In this document: piece by piece, positions 15,962 to 24,471 of the stretch | How the letters are laid out: the number at the start of each line of letters is the position of its first letter | Numbering within the stretch: the first letter of the stretch is position 1 | Origin: Candidatus Electronema aureum | GTDB taxonomy: Bacteria > Desulfobacterota > Desulfobulbia > Desulfobulbales > Desulfobulbaceae | Direction: 5' to 3' | Assembly (NCBI GenBank): GCA_004284765.1 | Contig: NQJD01000004.1 | Coordinates: forward strand, 30,001-62,000 | DNA length: 32,000 nt | Position numbers and translations under genes: made by a program | Notes under the pieces: model-generated | The model's input: the letters and a program-made list of their open reading frames with translations, nothing else | Database searches by the model: none | Told to the model about the DNA's origin: nothing

Positions 15962-16930
15962 TCAATACTTCAATCCTGCCCGATCACGAACCAAGTCCAA
16001 AGTGACAGTAGCCTTAGCCCGCGCCTTGTTCGTCCCCTGCCGCAGCACCTGCCGCAGATAATCCTGATTGACCATCAGCTCTTTCTTCCGCTCTCTGGCT
16101 TCAGCATAATAATCACGGATCAGCTCGAATAAATCCTGCTTCAAATAACCGTAAGCCGCTCCGCCGTTGAGATACAGACTCCGCACCTCTGCCATCTTTT
16201 CTGGGGAAGCAAAGAGTTTAAGCAAGGCGTAGAGATTACATTTGTCAGGATCTTTCGGCTCTTCCACCGGTGTGCAGTCGGTCTGCACTGCCATAACTCG
16301 CTTGCGCAGCTCTTTATCCTCTAAGAAAAGAGGGATGGTGTTACCGTAGGATTTGGACATCTTTTGGCCATCGAGACCAGGGATAATGGCCATGCTTTCG
16401 CTGATCGCCGCCTCCGGCAGGACAAAGGTCTCGCCAAAGGTGCTGTTAAAACTGATCGCAATGTCGCGGGCTACTTCTATATGCTGCTTCTGATCCTTGC
16501 CCACCGGCACAATTTCAGCCTGATACAGCAAAATATCCGCTGCCATCAACACTGGATAGGCGAACAGACCGTGGCTGGCGGCGATGCCCTTGGCGGTCTT
16601 GTCCTTGTACGAATGGCAGCGCTCCAGCAGGCCCATCGACGTGACAGTAGACAGCACCCAAGCCAGCTCGCAGACCTCTGGCACCTCTGACTGTACCCAG
16701 AATATACACTTAGTTGGATCAAGACCGATGGCGAGGAAATCCGCTGCCGCCTCTAAGGTGCCTGCGGCGAGCTTCTGTCGGTCATGAACGCTGGTGAGGG
16801 CATGAAGATCGACGATGAAGGCGTAGAGTTCCGCGTTCTCCATGCTGGAGATCATCGGTTTCATCATGCCGAAATAGTTGCCAATATGAAGTTTACCGGA
16901 GGGCTGAATGCCGGAAAGTATGCGTTTCAT
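15962..16930 (-). CDS. trpS: Tryptophan--tRNA ligase
   Basis: The 322-aa protein has the class I signatures GIQPSGKLHIGNY (HIGH region) and KMSKS, and an overall TrpRS-like length and layout. Confidence 0.95.
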   Translation of the reverse strand: MKRILSGIQPSGKLHIGNYFGMMKPMISSMENAELYAFIVDLHALTSVHDRQKLAAGTLEAAADFLAIGLDPTKCIFWVQSEVPEVCELAWVLSTVTSMGLLERCHSYKDKTAKGIAASHGLFAYPVLMAADILLYQAEIVPVGKDQKQHIEVARDIAISFNSTFGETFVLPEAAISESMAIIPGLDGQKMSKSYGNTIPLFLEDKELRKRVMAVQTDCTPVEEPKDPDKCNLYALLKLFASPEKMAEVRSLYLNGGAAYGYLKQDLFELIRDYYAEARERKKELMVNQDYLRQVLRQGTNKARAKATVTLDLVRDRAGLKY

Positions 16931-16970
16931 GATTTCTGCTGGTTGGATTGACGGTTAAGCAATAGGCAGG

Positions 16971-16999
16971 AATATACCAGCAGATGCGCCCCGCCGCAA
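16971..16999 (-). promoter_or_regulatory. Candidate extended -10 promoter for trpS
   Basis: On the minus strand: TTGCGG (16999-16994), a 17-nt spacer ending TGG, then TATATT (16976-16971), i.e. TGnTATATT. It sits ~40 nt upstream of ATG 16930. Confidence 0.3.
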
Positions 17000-17054
17000 G
17001 CAGCTGGGCATTATCTCTTCGACGTTTCAGTCAAAAATAATGCGTGTGAACAAG

Positions 17055-18407
17055 TCAATCACCGATCAACACCATTCGTGCAGCAAAAAAGCCTTCTATC
17101 TCCTCCGTTGGCAGCGGGGAAAAATAACCTTGCGCATCCACTGTAGAAGCAGCAGCGTTTGGCAGAAAATCCCGACAATTCGAGAGGCGTAATGCGCTGT
17201 GCGTGGTCAAAAATTGTTCGACCACTTGCTGATTTTCTTCCGGCTCAAGGGAGCAGGTAGCATAAACCAATACCCCGCCCGGTGCAAGCAGGGCTGCTGC
17301 GGTGTCAAGCAAGGCTAATTGGGTGGACTGTAGGGCAGTAAAATCGTCTGGCTGGCGATTCCAGCGGATATCCGGGTGCCTGCGGATGACTCCAGTACCG
17401 GAGCAGGGCGCGTCAATCAGGATGCCGTCAAAAAGCGACGGCTGAGTGGCAGCAAAGGCTTCCAGCGTGCCATGAAAAATGTCCGCCCGGTCAGCCGCAC
17501 CTTCCCGCTCCAAGTTTTCCCGCAGCAGTCGAACGCGGCGATTGTCCGGCTCCACTGCTTGAAGTGACGCGCCTGCGGGCGTGAGCGTGGCCAAAGCGCA
17601 GGTTTTGCCACCCAGTCCAGCGCAACCGTCCACATAACGGCCTTGCTCGTGAAACGGGCCAAGGAGATGGCAGGCTAACTGCGCCGCTTGATCCTGTACC
17701 CGAAACAGGCCCTCAGTGAAACCGGGCAAGGTTGTGACTGCCCCTCGCCAGTCCGGGACAATCAGGCTGTCTGGCGCGTATCTGCCCGACCTGACATGAA
17801 TACCCTGCTCGACAAAAAGCTGTGTTAGCTGTTCGTGGCTTGTTCGGCTGGTGTTGACATGTAGACAGAGTTCCGGTTCTATTTTGTTGATGCGACAAAT
17901 TTCTCGCATTTGCTCTTCACCGAAATTTTTGCGCCAACGTTCAGTCAGCCAAACAGGATGCTCAACAGTTTCGGCTAATTCAGCGGAGGATAAGCTGGCT
18001 TTCTCTCTGGCAAGCGTTCGCAAGGTAGCGTTGACAAAACCCAGCAACCAGCTCGGCTGTCGCATCTTTTTTAAAGCTGCCACCGTTTCATTGACCGCTG
18101 CGGAGTCTGGTACTCGCTCCAAAAAATAAATCTGCAATACCCCGATTCGTAACGCGGCCAAGGTCAGCGGTTTCATCTTGGGCAAAGCGGTTGTGGCACA
18201 GCGACTGATCAGCAAATCAAGGTATTCCTGCCGCCGGAGCACCCCCATAACCAACATTACCGCCAACTGCCGGTCTTCATTGCTCAAGATGGAATCATGG
18301 ATCATTACATCAAGATAGCTCTGCACGGGCTTACCTGAGCCTGACCAAGTAGCAAGGCAGGCTATGGCAAGACTGCGGGCAGTGGCATTGTCATTTTTCT
18401 TCATCAA
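17055..18407 (-). CDS. rsmB: 16S rRNA (cytosine-C5)-methyltransferase RsmB/Sun
   Basis: An N-terminal NusB-like helical region is followed by an m5C methyltransferase core with DAPCSGTGVIRRHPDIRW and YATCSLEPEENQQVV. Confidence 0.9.
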   Translation of the reverse strand: MMKKNDNATARSLAIACLATWSGSGKPVQSYLDVMIHDSILSNEDRQLAVMLVMGVLRRQEYLDLLISRCATTALPKMKPLTLAALRIGVLQIYFLERVPDSAAVNETVAALKKMRQPSWLLGFVNATLRTLAREKASLSSAELAETVEHPVWLTERWRKNFGEEQMREICRINKIEPELCLHVNTSRTSHEQLTQLFVEQGIHVRSGRYAPDSLIVPDWRGAVTTLPGFTEGLFRVQDQAAQLACHLLGPFHEQGRYVDGCAGLGGKTCALATLTPAGASLQAVEPDNRRVRLLRENLEREGAADRADIFHGTLEAFAATQPSLFDGILIDAPCSGTGVIRRHPDIRWNRQPDDFTALQSTQLALLDTAAALLAPGGVLVYATCSLEPEENQQVVEQFLTTHSALRLSNCRDFLPNAAASTVDAQGYFSPLPTEEIEGFFAARMVLIGD

Positions 18408-18548
18408 TCAATGTGTTCGGAGAAGGTTGCATTAACAAAAGCATCTGAAATAAATTATTTTACACTTCCCATCCGTCTTGTGATACACTTAAAGAAGCGG
18501 CGGGGGTGAAAATACGCCGCAACCGTTCAGGCTTACTAAGAAAAATAG

Positions 18549-18575
18549 TTGACTTTTTCGCAGCTTTTGTATAAC
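18549..18575 (+). promoter_or_regulatory. Candidate sigma70 promoter for the CydA-like gene
   Basis: TTGACT (18549-18554), a 15-nt spacer (short), then TATAAC (18570-18575). A TCATTC-T-GAATGA palindrome follows immediately at 18579-18591. Confidence 0.3.
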
Positions 18576-18690
18576 CATTCATTCTGAATGAGCAGCATTT
18601 TTTGCTTCATATAACAACCCATCTGCTGAACAAGCAGGAACCTGTACGCCGAGGATGCGGCGGCGGGTTTGACAAAAAAGGAGAAACAAA

Positions 18691-19965
18691 GTGGACGGCG
18701 TGCAATTTCCCCTGATCGGGAACAGCATTATCATGGCAACGGTCATCCTCATTCATGTCTTTTTCGCGTTTTTCGCGGTAGGAGGCTCAGTCCTGTCAGT
18801 GGTGGCAGAATGGTGGGGAACGAAAAAAAAGGATGAGGACTACATCAAGTTAGCAAAAAGCGTGTCTGGCTTCCTCTCCGACATGATGAAAATCAACGGC
18901 GTGCTGGGTGTGGCCATCGTAGTGCTGACCATCGGCCTCTGGAGCCAGTTTGGTGCGTTTCTTTACTCAATGCAGTTTTGGCCTTTCCTTGCTGAGGGCG
19001 CGGTTTTTCTACTGCTGATGATCTTTTCAGTCATTTATCATCATACGTGGAATTCCCTTTCGCGCGGAGGACACATTTTTATTGGTATCCTCACTGGCTT
19101 TTTCGCCCTGATGGCTGGTTTTCTGATCAACGGTATTTGGGCTTTCATGCTGGTGCCCGGTAAATGGATGGAAACCGGTGCCCGCTGGGATGCCTTCTTT
19201 AACCCCATTCTGGTGGAGTCAACCCTCCATATCTTGTTGCCCTGTTTGATCAATGCCACCCTGCTGGTTTTCCTCTGGACTTATTTAAAATCCACCAAAA
19301 CCCAAGGCGCAGAGCAGGCATATTTCAACAAGATGAACAAGTTTACAGCTAAAATCGGAGCTGCCCTGCTGTTCCTCCAGCCGCTTTCCGGTCTCAGCTT
19401 CCTTTTCAAGGTCAAGTCCGCCACCGAAACACTTCCTGCGCCCAATCCGTGGCAGCAGATAACTGACGGCATGGCCACGCCTTTCCTCTACACCATGATT
19501 ACGCTGGCCACGCTGGCAATGATCGGCGGCGTTCTGTACTGGGTGCAAGGACATGAAAAAGGCCGTAAAGCTCTGGCGGCTGCTTCGCTGGCCATGTTCC
19601 TCGCCTTCTTCATGGGTGGTTTTACTCGTGAGAGGGCAAGAAAACCGTACTTGGTCTGGGGAACGATGTACATGAACCAGAAGTTTGTTCCCGGCAACAT
19701 CGCCGCACCTCCCGTACCGGCTACCGTGGCAAACACTGCTGCGCCGGTGAGCGGCGAGCAGGTGATTAAAGACGTTGGCTGCATGAACTGCCATGCGGGC
19801 GGTGCGGGAGCACCCTCGCTGACTGGTTTGGCGCAAAGATACGACAAGGCCAAACTGATGGACTTCGTTCGTCAGCCAAAAGGTGCGGCAGCCAACATGA
19901 TGCCGCCCTTCCCCGGCTCAGAGCAGGAACTGGAAGCCCTTGCTGATCATCTGCTAACGAAGTAA
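18691..19965 (+). CDS. CydA-like (cytochrome bd subunit I family) membrane protein fused to a C-terminal monohaem cytochrome c domain
   Basis: GTG start with AGGAG 7 nt upstream. The protein aligns by eye to E. coli CydA landmarks. ILIHVFFAFFAVGG corresponds to the H19 region, KINGVLGVAIV...SQFG to FGINFALGV...FQFG, and FLAEGAVFLL to the E99/E107 region. ESTLHILLP corresponds to the H186 region and GGFTRERARKPYLVWG to GW..AE.GRQPW. The C-terminus has CMNCH (CxxCH) followed by MMPPF. Confidence 0.8.
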   Translation: MDGVQFPLIGNSIIMATVILIHVFFAFFAVGGSVLSVVAEWWGTKKKDEDYIKLAKSVSGFLSDMMKINGVLGVAIVVLTIGLWSQFGAFLYSMQFWPFLAEGAVFLLLMIFSVIYHHTWNSLSRGGHIFIGILTGFFALMAGFLINGIWAFMLVPGKWMETGARWDAFFNPILVESTLHILLPCLINATLLVFLWTYLKSTKTQGAEQAYFNKMNKFTAKIGAALLFLQPLSGLSFLFKVKSATETLPAPNPWQQITDGMATPFLYTMITLATLAMIGGVLYWVQGHEKGRKALAAASLAMFLAFFMGGFTRERARKPYLVWGTMYMNQKFVPGNIAAPPVPATVANTAAPVSGEQVIKDVGCMNCHAGGAGAPSLTGLAQRYDKAKLMDFVRQPKGAAANMMPPFPGSEQELEALADHLLTK

Positions 19966-19984
19966 CAACTCCACAAGCATCATT

Positions 19985-20014
19985 CCCCTGCCCGGCACAA
20001 CCCTTGGGCAGGGG
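19985..20014 (+). terminator. GC-rich hairpin after the CydA-like gene (possible terminator, no U-tract)
   Basis: CCCCTGCCC (19985-19993), a 12-nt loop, then GGGCAGGGG (20006-20014). It is followed by AATCCCTCC rather than a T-run. Confidence 0.3.
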
Positions 20015-20408
20015 AATCCCTCCCCACCACCCTTATATCCACCCTCTCCAAGTTTCAATCTTTCTCTCACAAAGCCCGCCCAATCGTAGCGTTGTGATTT
20101 AAGAGGTTCAAACTCGATCTTTAAGCAAAGTTTTGCCTTGAACCGTACTTTTTCCACTCTGTGCGTGTGCGTCATCTCGAACCAAAGGAAAAAATCTAAT
20201 TGGCGAAAAGGTTGAGATCACCTCAGTCGAGATGACAAATCACACCTCAATGGATATTTTCTCAGTAGTATTGACTATACTGCTGTCATTGCATTCTGTT
20301 TCTGGAGTTTGTTGGTCAATAACGAATATGCAGAAAGAAACTTTTGCTGTCACGTTGCTCTATATTAAACGACCCTATTTTTTAGGGTAAAAACAGTCCA
20401 GCGGGAAA

Positions 20409-20440
20409 TAAAAAAAGCAGGGATACAAAGTATCCCTGCT
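20409..20440 (-). terminator. Rho-independent terminator of the peptidoglycan-binding repeat protein gene
   Basis: Stem GCAGGGATAC (20417-20426), loop AAA, stem GTATCCCTGC (20430-20439). On the minus strand it is followed by an 8-nt T-run (plus-strand A-run 20409-20416). Confidence 0.8.
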
Positions 20441-20471
20441 TGTCACGACTCAGTTTATGTGAGGCGTATTT

Positions 20472-21773
20472 TTACTCGTAAACACCCAGAGCCTCAAGGG
20501 TCTCAATGGTGAGACCGCCGCCTTCTGGCAGACCTTTTGCTCTCTGGAAACCACGCAGAGCCTGCTGAGTTTGCTCATTGTAGGTACCATCAATCTGACC
20601 AGGATCGAAACCTTCACTGGCCAATGCTTTCTGAACGCTCAGAACTTTTGTGTCTTTAACCTGATCCTCGCACAGTACTGATCGCCATACGATCTTGCTG
20701 TCGCTGATCTTAACGCGCTTGGTAATGGTCTGGTACTCAGGTGCTACAGGAATACGACGCTCGCTGGCTTCCTGTACAACTTCCTTGACACGAATGGTTT
20801 TGTATTCCGCCGGAACAGGAATTCTGGTGGTTCTAGCCGGCTCAACCATAATCTTTTTCTTGACAGTCTGGTATTCAGCCGGAATGACTTCCCGCTCAAC
20901 CCGTGCCGGAGCAACCAGAACATCTTTGGTGATGGTCTCGAACTCAGCCGGAATGGTAACGGTCCTTTCTTGGGCAGGCTGTACCAAAATCTTTTTGATT
21001 ACAGTCTTGTACATTGCCGGAACGTGTATCAAACACAGGGTCTCGCAGTCGGTCAAGCCCAGCTTCACATCTTCGATAGAACAAGGAACTGCTGTTCTGA
21101 TCCATTTGGTGGAAGCTGCCTGCACCAAAACACGCTGTTTCACAGTTCTGAAAATCGGCGGAGTGGTGACAATCCGAGTGGATGCAGGTTTAATTACAAC
21201 TTGATCCTGACGGGTCTCATACTGTGCCGGAATCGCCCGCAGCCGCTCAGAAGCAGGGCGGAGAACGATTCTTTCCGTGCGCCATGCGAACTTCGGCGGG
21301 GTGGTTTCGATTCGCTCAGATGCGTCTTTGGCTACAACCTGCTTGTCTACTTCTCTGTACTTGGCCGGAATGGTCTCGATCCGCTCGGTGGCAGGTCTAA
21401 CCAAAATTCTCTCGGTCACATTTTTGTACCGTGCCGGAGCGATACAACGAGAATAGCACTCGCCAGGTTTGGCATTGACAGGCACACCAGGTGCACCGCC
21501 AGACAACATCTGATCCGGGCCTACGTCCTTTGTTGCGTCTTCATAGACTACAACCTGCTCCTGATCAACAACCTGCTGCTCCTGCTGCTGAACCACTGGC
21601 TCAACAACCTGCTCTTGCTCCTGCTGAATTGGCTCTTCCTGAACACCAGGATTTTGCTGAGCCGGATCATAACCACCGCCAAAATCTTGCTGCGGTGCTA
21701 CTGTTCCTGCATGAGCAAATCCAGCTAAAGCCAACAGAGCAGCTGCTCCAAGAGCCACGCGATCCTTCTTCAT
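20472..21773 (-). CDS. Secreted repeat protein with C-terminal peptidoglycan-binding (PG_binding_1-like) domain
   Basis: AAGGAGG lies 7 nt before ATG 21773. Signal peptide is MKKDRVALGAAALLALAGFAHA. A Q/E/V low-complexity stretch is followed by ten 23-aa repeats. The C-terminus VQKALASEGFDPGQIDGTYNEQTQQALRGFQRAKGLPEGGGLTIETLEALG is a typical PG-binding helix bundle. Confidence 0.85.
   Translation of the reverse strand: MKKDRVALGAAALLALAGFAHAGTVAPQQDFGGGYDPAQQNPGVQEEPIQQEQEQVVEPVVQQQEQQVVDQEQVVVYEDATKDVGPDQMLSGGAPGVPVNAKPGECYSRCIAPARYKNVTERILVRPATERIETIPAKYREVDKQVVAKDASERIETTPPKFAWRTERIVLRPASERLRAIPAQYETRQDQVVIKPASTRIVTTPPIFRTVKQRVLVQAASTKWIRTAVPCSIEDVKLGLTDCETLCLIHVPAMYKTVIKKILVQPAQERTVTIPAEFETITKDVLVAPARVEREVIPAEYQTVKKKIMVEPARTTRIPVPAEYKTIRVKEVVQEASERRIPVAPEYQTITKRVKISDSKIVWRSVLCEDQVKDTKVLSVQKALASEGFDPGQIDGTYNEQTQQALRGFQRAKGLPEGGGLTIETLEALGVYE
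20673..21437 (-). repeat. Ten tandem 23-residue (69-nt) coding repeats, consensus P-A-x-Y-x-T-V-x3-V-L-V-x-P-A-x-E-R-x-E-T-I
   Basis: The anchors PARY, PAKY, PPKF, PAQY, PPIF, PAMY, PAEF, PAEY, PAEY and (A)PEY recur at exactly 23-aa spacing. One ~24-aa Cys-containing insertion (AVPCSIEDVKLGLTDCETLCLIH) breaks the spacing. At DNA level GCCGGAA recurs about every 69 nt. Confidence 0.85.
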
Positions 21774-21949
21774 TCCCTGCCTCCTTTCATTTGTTTTTTT
21801 GTTGCAACGAATTTATTAAAACGTACATAAATAACAGCTCTATCCTGAAGCACACAATGCTTCATGTAACACATTGTTCCACATCAGCCCAATGCCTACG
21901 GCAGCTACATCTTGCTTTTCAGCGAAGAAAATTTCTGCCTTCTGTTCTT

Positions 21950-21978
21950 TCTATACAGCAGATATTGCCTACTGTCAA
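21950..21978 (-). promoter_or_regulatory. Candidate sigma70 promoter for the repeat/PG-binding protein gene
   Basis: On the minus strand: perfect TTGACA (21978-21973), a 17-nt spacer, then TATAGA (21955-21950). It lies ~170 nt upstream of ATG 21773 in an AT-rich intergenic region. Confidence 0.35.
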
Positions 21979-22122
21979 CCGCCCAACAGAAAGAATTTAC
22001 TTTCTCCTCTCTGAAATCATGTCCTACTATAGCACCTATTTTCTTCGGTGGCAATACAAAAATCTGTACTTATACAAAAATAAAAATATTTTTTCACCTC
22101 CATGATAAGGTGGGATAAAAAC

Positions 22123-24093
22123 TCAAACTACCCTCTCGTTACCGCCATCGATTGGCAGCTGGGCCGCAGTAGTACAGGCAAAAAACGGTCCGCACATCTC
22201 GGCAGCTAATTCAGCCACGTCACGGCTCTGTACCTCTACGCCCAACAGGTTATTGGTTTTGTACTTTTGCACAGTTAGACCGTAATGCTTGGCCCGTGCT
22301 TGCAAAATTTCATCCGTCCAGATGCCGGTGTCAAAAATTGCATTTGGGTGAAGGGCGTTGATACGGATGCCGTCTTTGCCCCACTCAAGGGCCGTAACCC
22401 GCATCAGCTGAGTCAGCGCAGCCTTAGAGGCGGAATAAGCCGCAGCACCAGGGCCGGGCGCAGGTACATTCTTGGAGCCGATCACCACCACTCGGCCTTT
22501 GCCGGGCGCAGTTTTGAGCAGCGGGTGCGTCTCGCGCAGCAAAATAAGGTTGGCATCAAGATTCACCGCCATTACGCGCCGCCATTCCTCACAGGACAGC
22601 TCTGCCACAGTTTTGCTGGCCGGAAACATGCCTGCGTTCAGCACCAGTATGTCTATGCCGCCGAAACGCAGCACCGCCTGATCTAAGGCCGCTGCAATCT
22701 GCACTTCATCTGTGATATCGCATTGCAAACCCAGAAAGGCCGATGAAGACGACACCGAGCTAATTTTCGACGAAATATCCAGCCCTACAACCGAAGCACC
22801 GCGTCGCAGAAAGGACTCAACACAGGCTTTGCCAATGCCCGATGCCGCGCCAGTGATCAGAACAATTTCACCGCTAAAAACCGGCAGTTTGCCGCTCTTT
22901 TTTAGCTTTGCCTGCTCCAAATCCCAGTATTCCACCGCAAAAAGATCGCCCAGCGGTAGAGGTTGCCAGCCGCCGAGTCGTTCAGCGCGCAAAATGCAAT
23001 CCATCGTATGTTCATAAATATCCGCGACAATGCTTGCCTCTGCCGTCGAGCCACCGACGCAGCAAAGACCCAGCTCCGAGTCAAGAATTACCCTTGGAGC
23101 TGGATCGAGCATAGTTTTGCGTTCCTTGGCCAACGGCTCGTGCGCTTGAAAATAACAGCGGTAGATTTCCGCATAACCTTCAACATCCCGCCCGATTAGC
23201 GGCAGAGCCTTGGTGCGAAGGACATGATCTGGCGTAACCGGGCCGCGTCCAGCGATTTCAGCTCCATCAGTGCGGCGAGCAAATTTAAAACCTCGCTGAC
23301 TGCCAGTCACGTTGAGAATCATCGGTCTGCCCGCCTTAACCGAAATTACATGGCGCAGTTCGCCAATCTCGCGACGATTACAACACGACTTCTGCGCGGC
23401 TGGCTCGTTTAACTCCCAAGCCCCCTGTTCCCGCAGATACGTTTCCGCCATATCAACCAGACGGATCATCCGCTCGTAGGATTCTCGCGCCGTGTCGCCA
23501 AAAGAAAAAATGCCGTGGTTCATCAGCACCATGCCGATGGTCTGCGACTTGGCCTGCGTAACGAAACTGCGGCAAGCTACACGTGCCAGATCAAAACCAG
23601 GCATAACGTAGGGTACGATCACCGCCAGTTCGCCGTATAATTCGGTGATGCGCCGCAGGCCATCCGGCGTATTACAGATCGTCACCACCGCATCGGCGTG
23701 GGTGTGATCCACATAACGAAAAGGCAGTGCGGCGTGAAGAATAGTCTCCACCGAAGGCGTGGGCGCATCAGCACGAACAAGGTTTATCTTCAGCTCGTTA
23801 ACCATCTGCGGATCAGTGAGCGTGTCAAGCTGTGCCAGCCGGAGCATAGGTCGCAGTCGCACTGGGGCAAAACCTGCCGCCTCGATGCTGGCTAAATTCC
23901 AACCGCTGCCTTTGACGTAAAGAATCTCCTCATCCTCGCCGAACAGATTTTTTTCAATAATTTTCAACGAGGTATTGCCGCCACCGTGCAACACCAGCGA
24001 GGGGTCGCGCCCCAGCAGACGGGAGGAATAAACCCGCAGCGCAAGATCATCAGTGCAGGCAGCGGCCTCAGTTGCATTCCATAAACTGTGCAT
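22123..24093 (-). CDS. Bifunctional class II aldolase / short-chain dehydrogenase (rhamnulose-1-phosphate aldolase/SDR-type fusion)
   Basis: The N-terminus LWNATEAAACTDDLALRVYSSRLLGRDPSLVLHGGGNTSLK is typical of this fusion family. The C-terminal SDR has a TGAASGIGKA Rossmann motif and YSASKAAL (YxxxK). Confidence 0.9.
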   Translation of the reverse strand: MHSLWNATEAAACTDDLALRVYSSRLLGRDPSLVLHGGGNTSLKIIEKNLFGEDEEILYVKGSGWNLASIEAAGFAPVRLRPMLRLAQLDTLTDPQMVNELKINLVRADAPTPSVETILHAALPFRYVDHTHADAVVTICNTPDGLRRITELYGELAVIVPYVMPGFDLARVACRSFVTQAKSQTIGMVLMNHGIFSFGDTARESYERMIRLVDMAETYLREQGAWELNEPAAQKSCCNRREIGELRHVISVKAGRPMILNVTGSQRGFKFARRTDGAEIAGRGPVTPDHVLRTKALPLIGRDVEGYAEIYRCYFQAHEPLAKERKTMLDPAPRVILDSELGLCCVGGSTAEASIVADIYEHTMDCILRAERLGGWQPLPLGDLFAVEYWDLEQAKLKKSGKLPVFSGEIVLITGAASGIGKACVESFLRRGASVVGLDISSKISSVSSSSAFLGLQCDITDEVQIAAALDQAVLRFGGIDILVLNAGMFPASKTVAELSCEEWRRVMAVNLDANLILLRETHPLLKTAPGKGRVVVIGSKNVPAPGPGAAAYSASKAALTQLMRVTALEWGKDGIRINALHPNAIFDTGIWTDEILQARAKHYGLTVQKYKTNNLLGVEVQSRDVAELAAEMCGPFFACTTAAQLPIDGGNERVV

Positions 24094-24105
24094 AACGAAA
24101 ATCTC

Positions 24106-24465
24106 TTATTGTTTGCGAATGCGCCGCAGTTCTGCTATCAGCCAGTCCGCAGAACGCATCACTCTGCTGCCTTGGCATTGCACTTTATAGGGCATTCCGC
24201 TAAGACTGCTTTTGTCCGCCGCCGCATTAATGAAATCTTCAGCAGAATGAATCAGTCCTCTATCCAGCGCGTAGTGATATTTGTCACTGATATGCTCTGC
24301 TGCTTCGTTGGTGCTGTACCAACTGCCGTTTCGGTTGAAGCGACAAGGAGAAGTTTGCACAAATTTAATCAGCATATCGATTTCTTTGCTGCTCTGAGGA
24401 GAAAGCTGCTGGGCAGAAACAGTAATAGGTAAAATAAGCAGGGCAATGAACAAAAATTTTTTCAT
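24106..24465 (-). CDS. DUF5329-like secreted protein
   Basis: Signal peptide is MKKFLFIALLILPITVSA. The core CRFNRNGSWYSTNEAAEHISDKYHYALDRGLIHSAEDFINAAADKSSLSGMPYKVQC matches my memory of DUF5329 (C-x-F-x-RNG-x-W...SAE-x-FI...S-x-SG-x-PY-x-V-x-C). Confidence 0.75.
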   Translation of the reverse strand: MKKFLFIALLILPITVSAQQLSPQSSKEIDMLIKFVQTSPCRFNRNGSWYSTNEAAEHISDKYHYALDRGLIHSAEDFINAAADKSSLSGMPYKVQCQGSRVMRSADWLIAELRRIRKQ

Positions 24466-24471
24466 GATTTG

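Noticed and set aside
20107-20146. GAGGTTCAAACTC considered as a tRNA T-arm or tRNA-fragment integration scar
   Set aside because: Only a 3-bp stem flanks the T-loop-like heptamer. No acceptor or anticodon arm can be drawn, and there is no integrase nearby.
19954-20175. 73-aa minus-strand ORF overlapping the end of the CydA-like gene
   Set aside because: It has no RBS and a Gly/Lys/Arg-rich, arbitrary-looking sequence. It reads through the GC hairpin that follows the plus-strand gene.
20695-21728. Plus-strand ORFs of 169 and 252 aa opposite the repeat/PG-binding protein gene, and the 204-aa ORF at 21491-22105
   Set aside because: The periodic 69-nt repeat keeps antisense frames open by chance. 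The translations are low-complexity (Leu/Asn/Arg runs). The minus-strand gene has the RBS, signal peptide, domain and terminator.
22093-22114. Short hairpin CACCT-N8-AGGTG considered as the terminator of the aldolase/SDR gene
   Set aside because: The stem is only 5 bp. On the minus strand it is followed by an A-run before any T-run, so it does not fit an intrinsic terminator.
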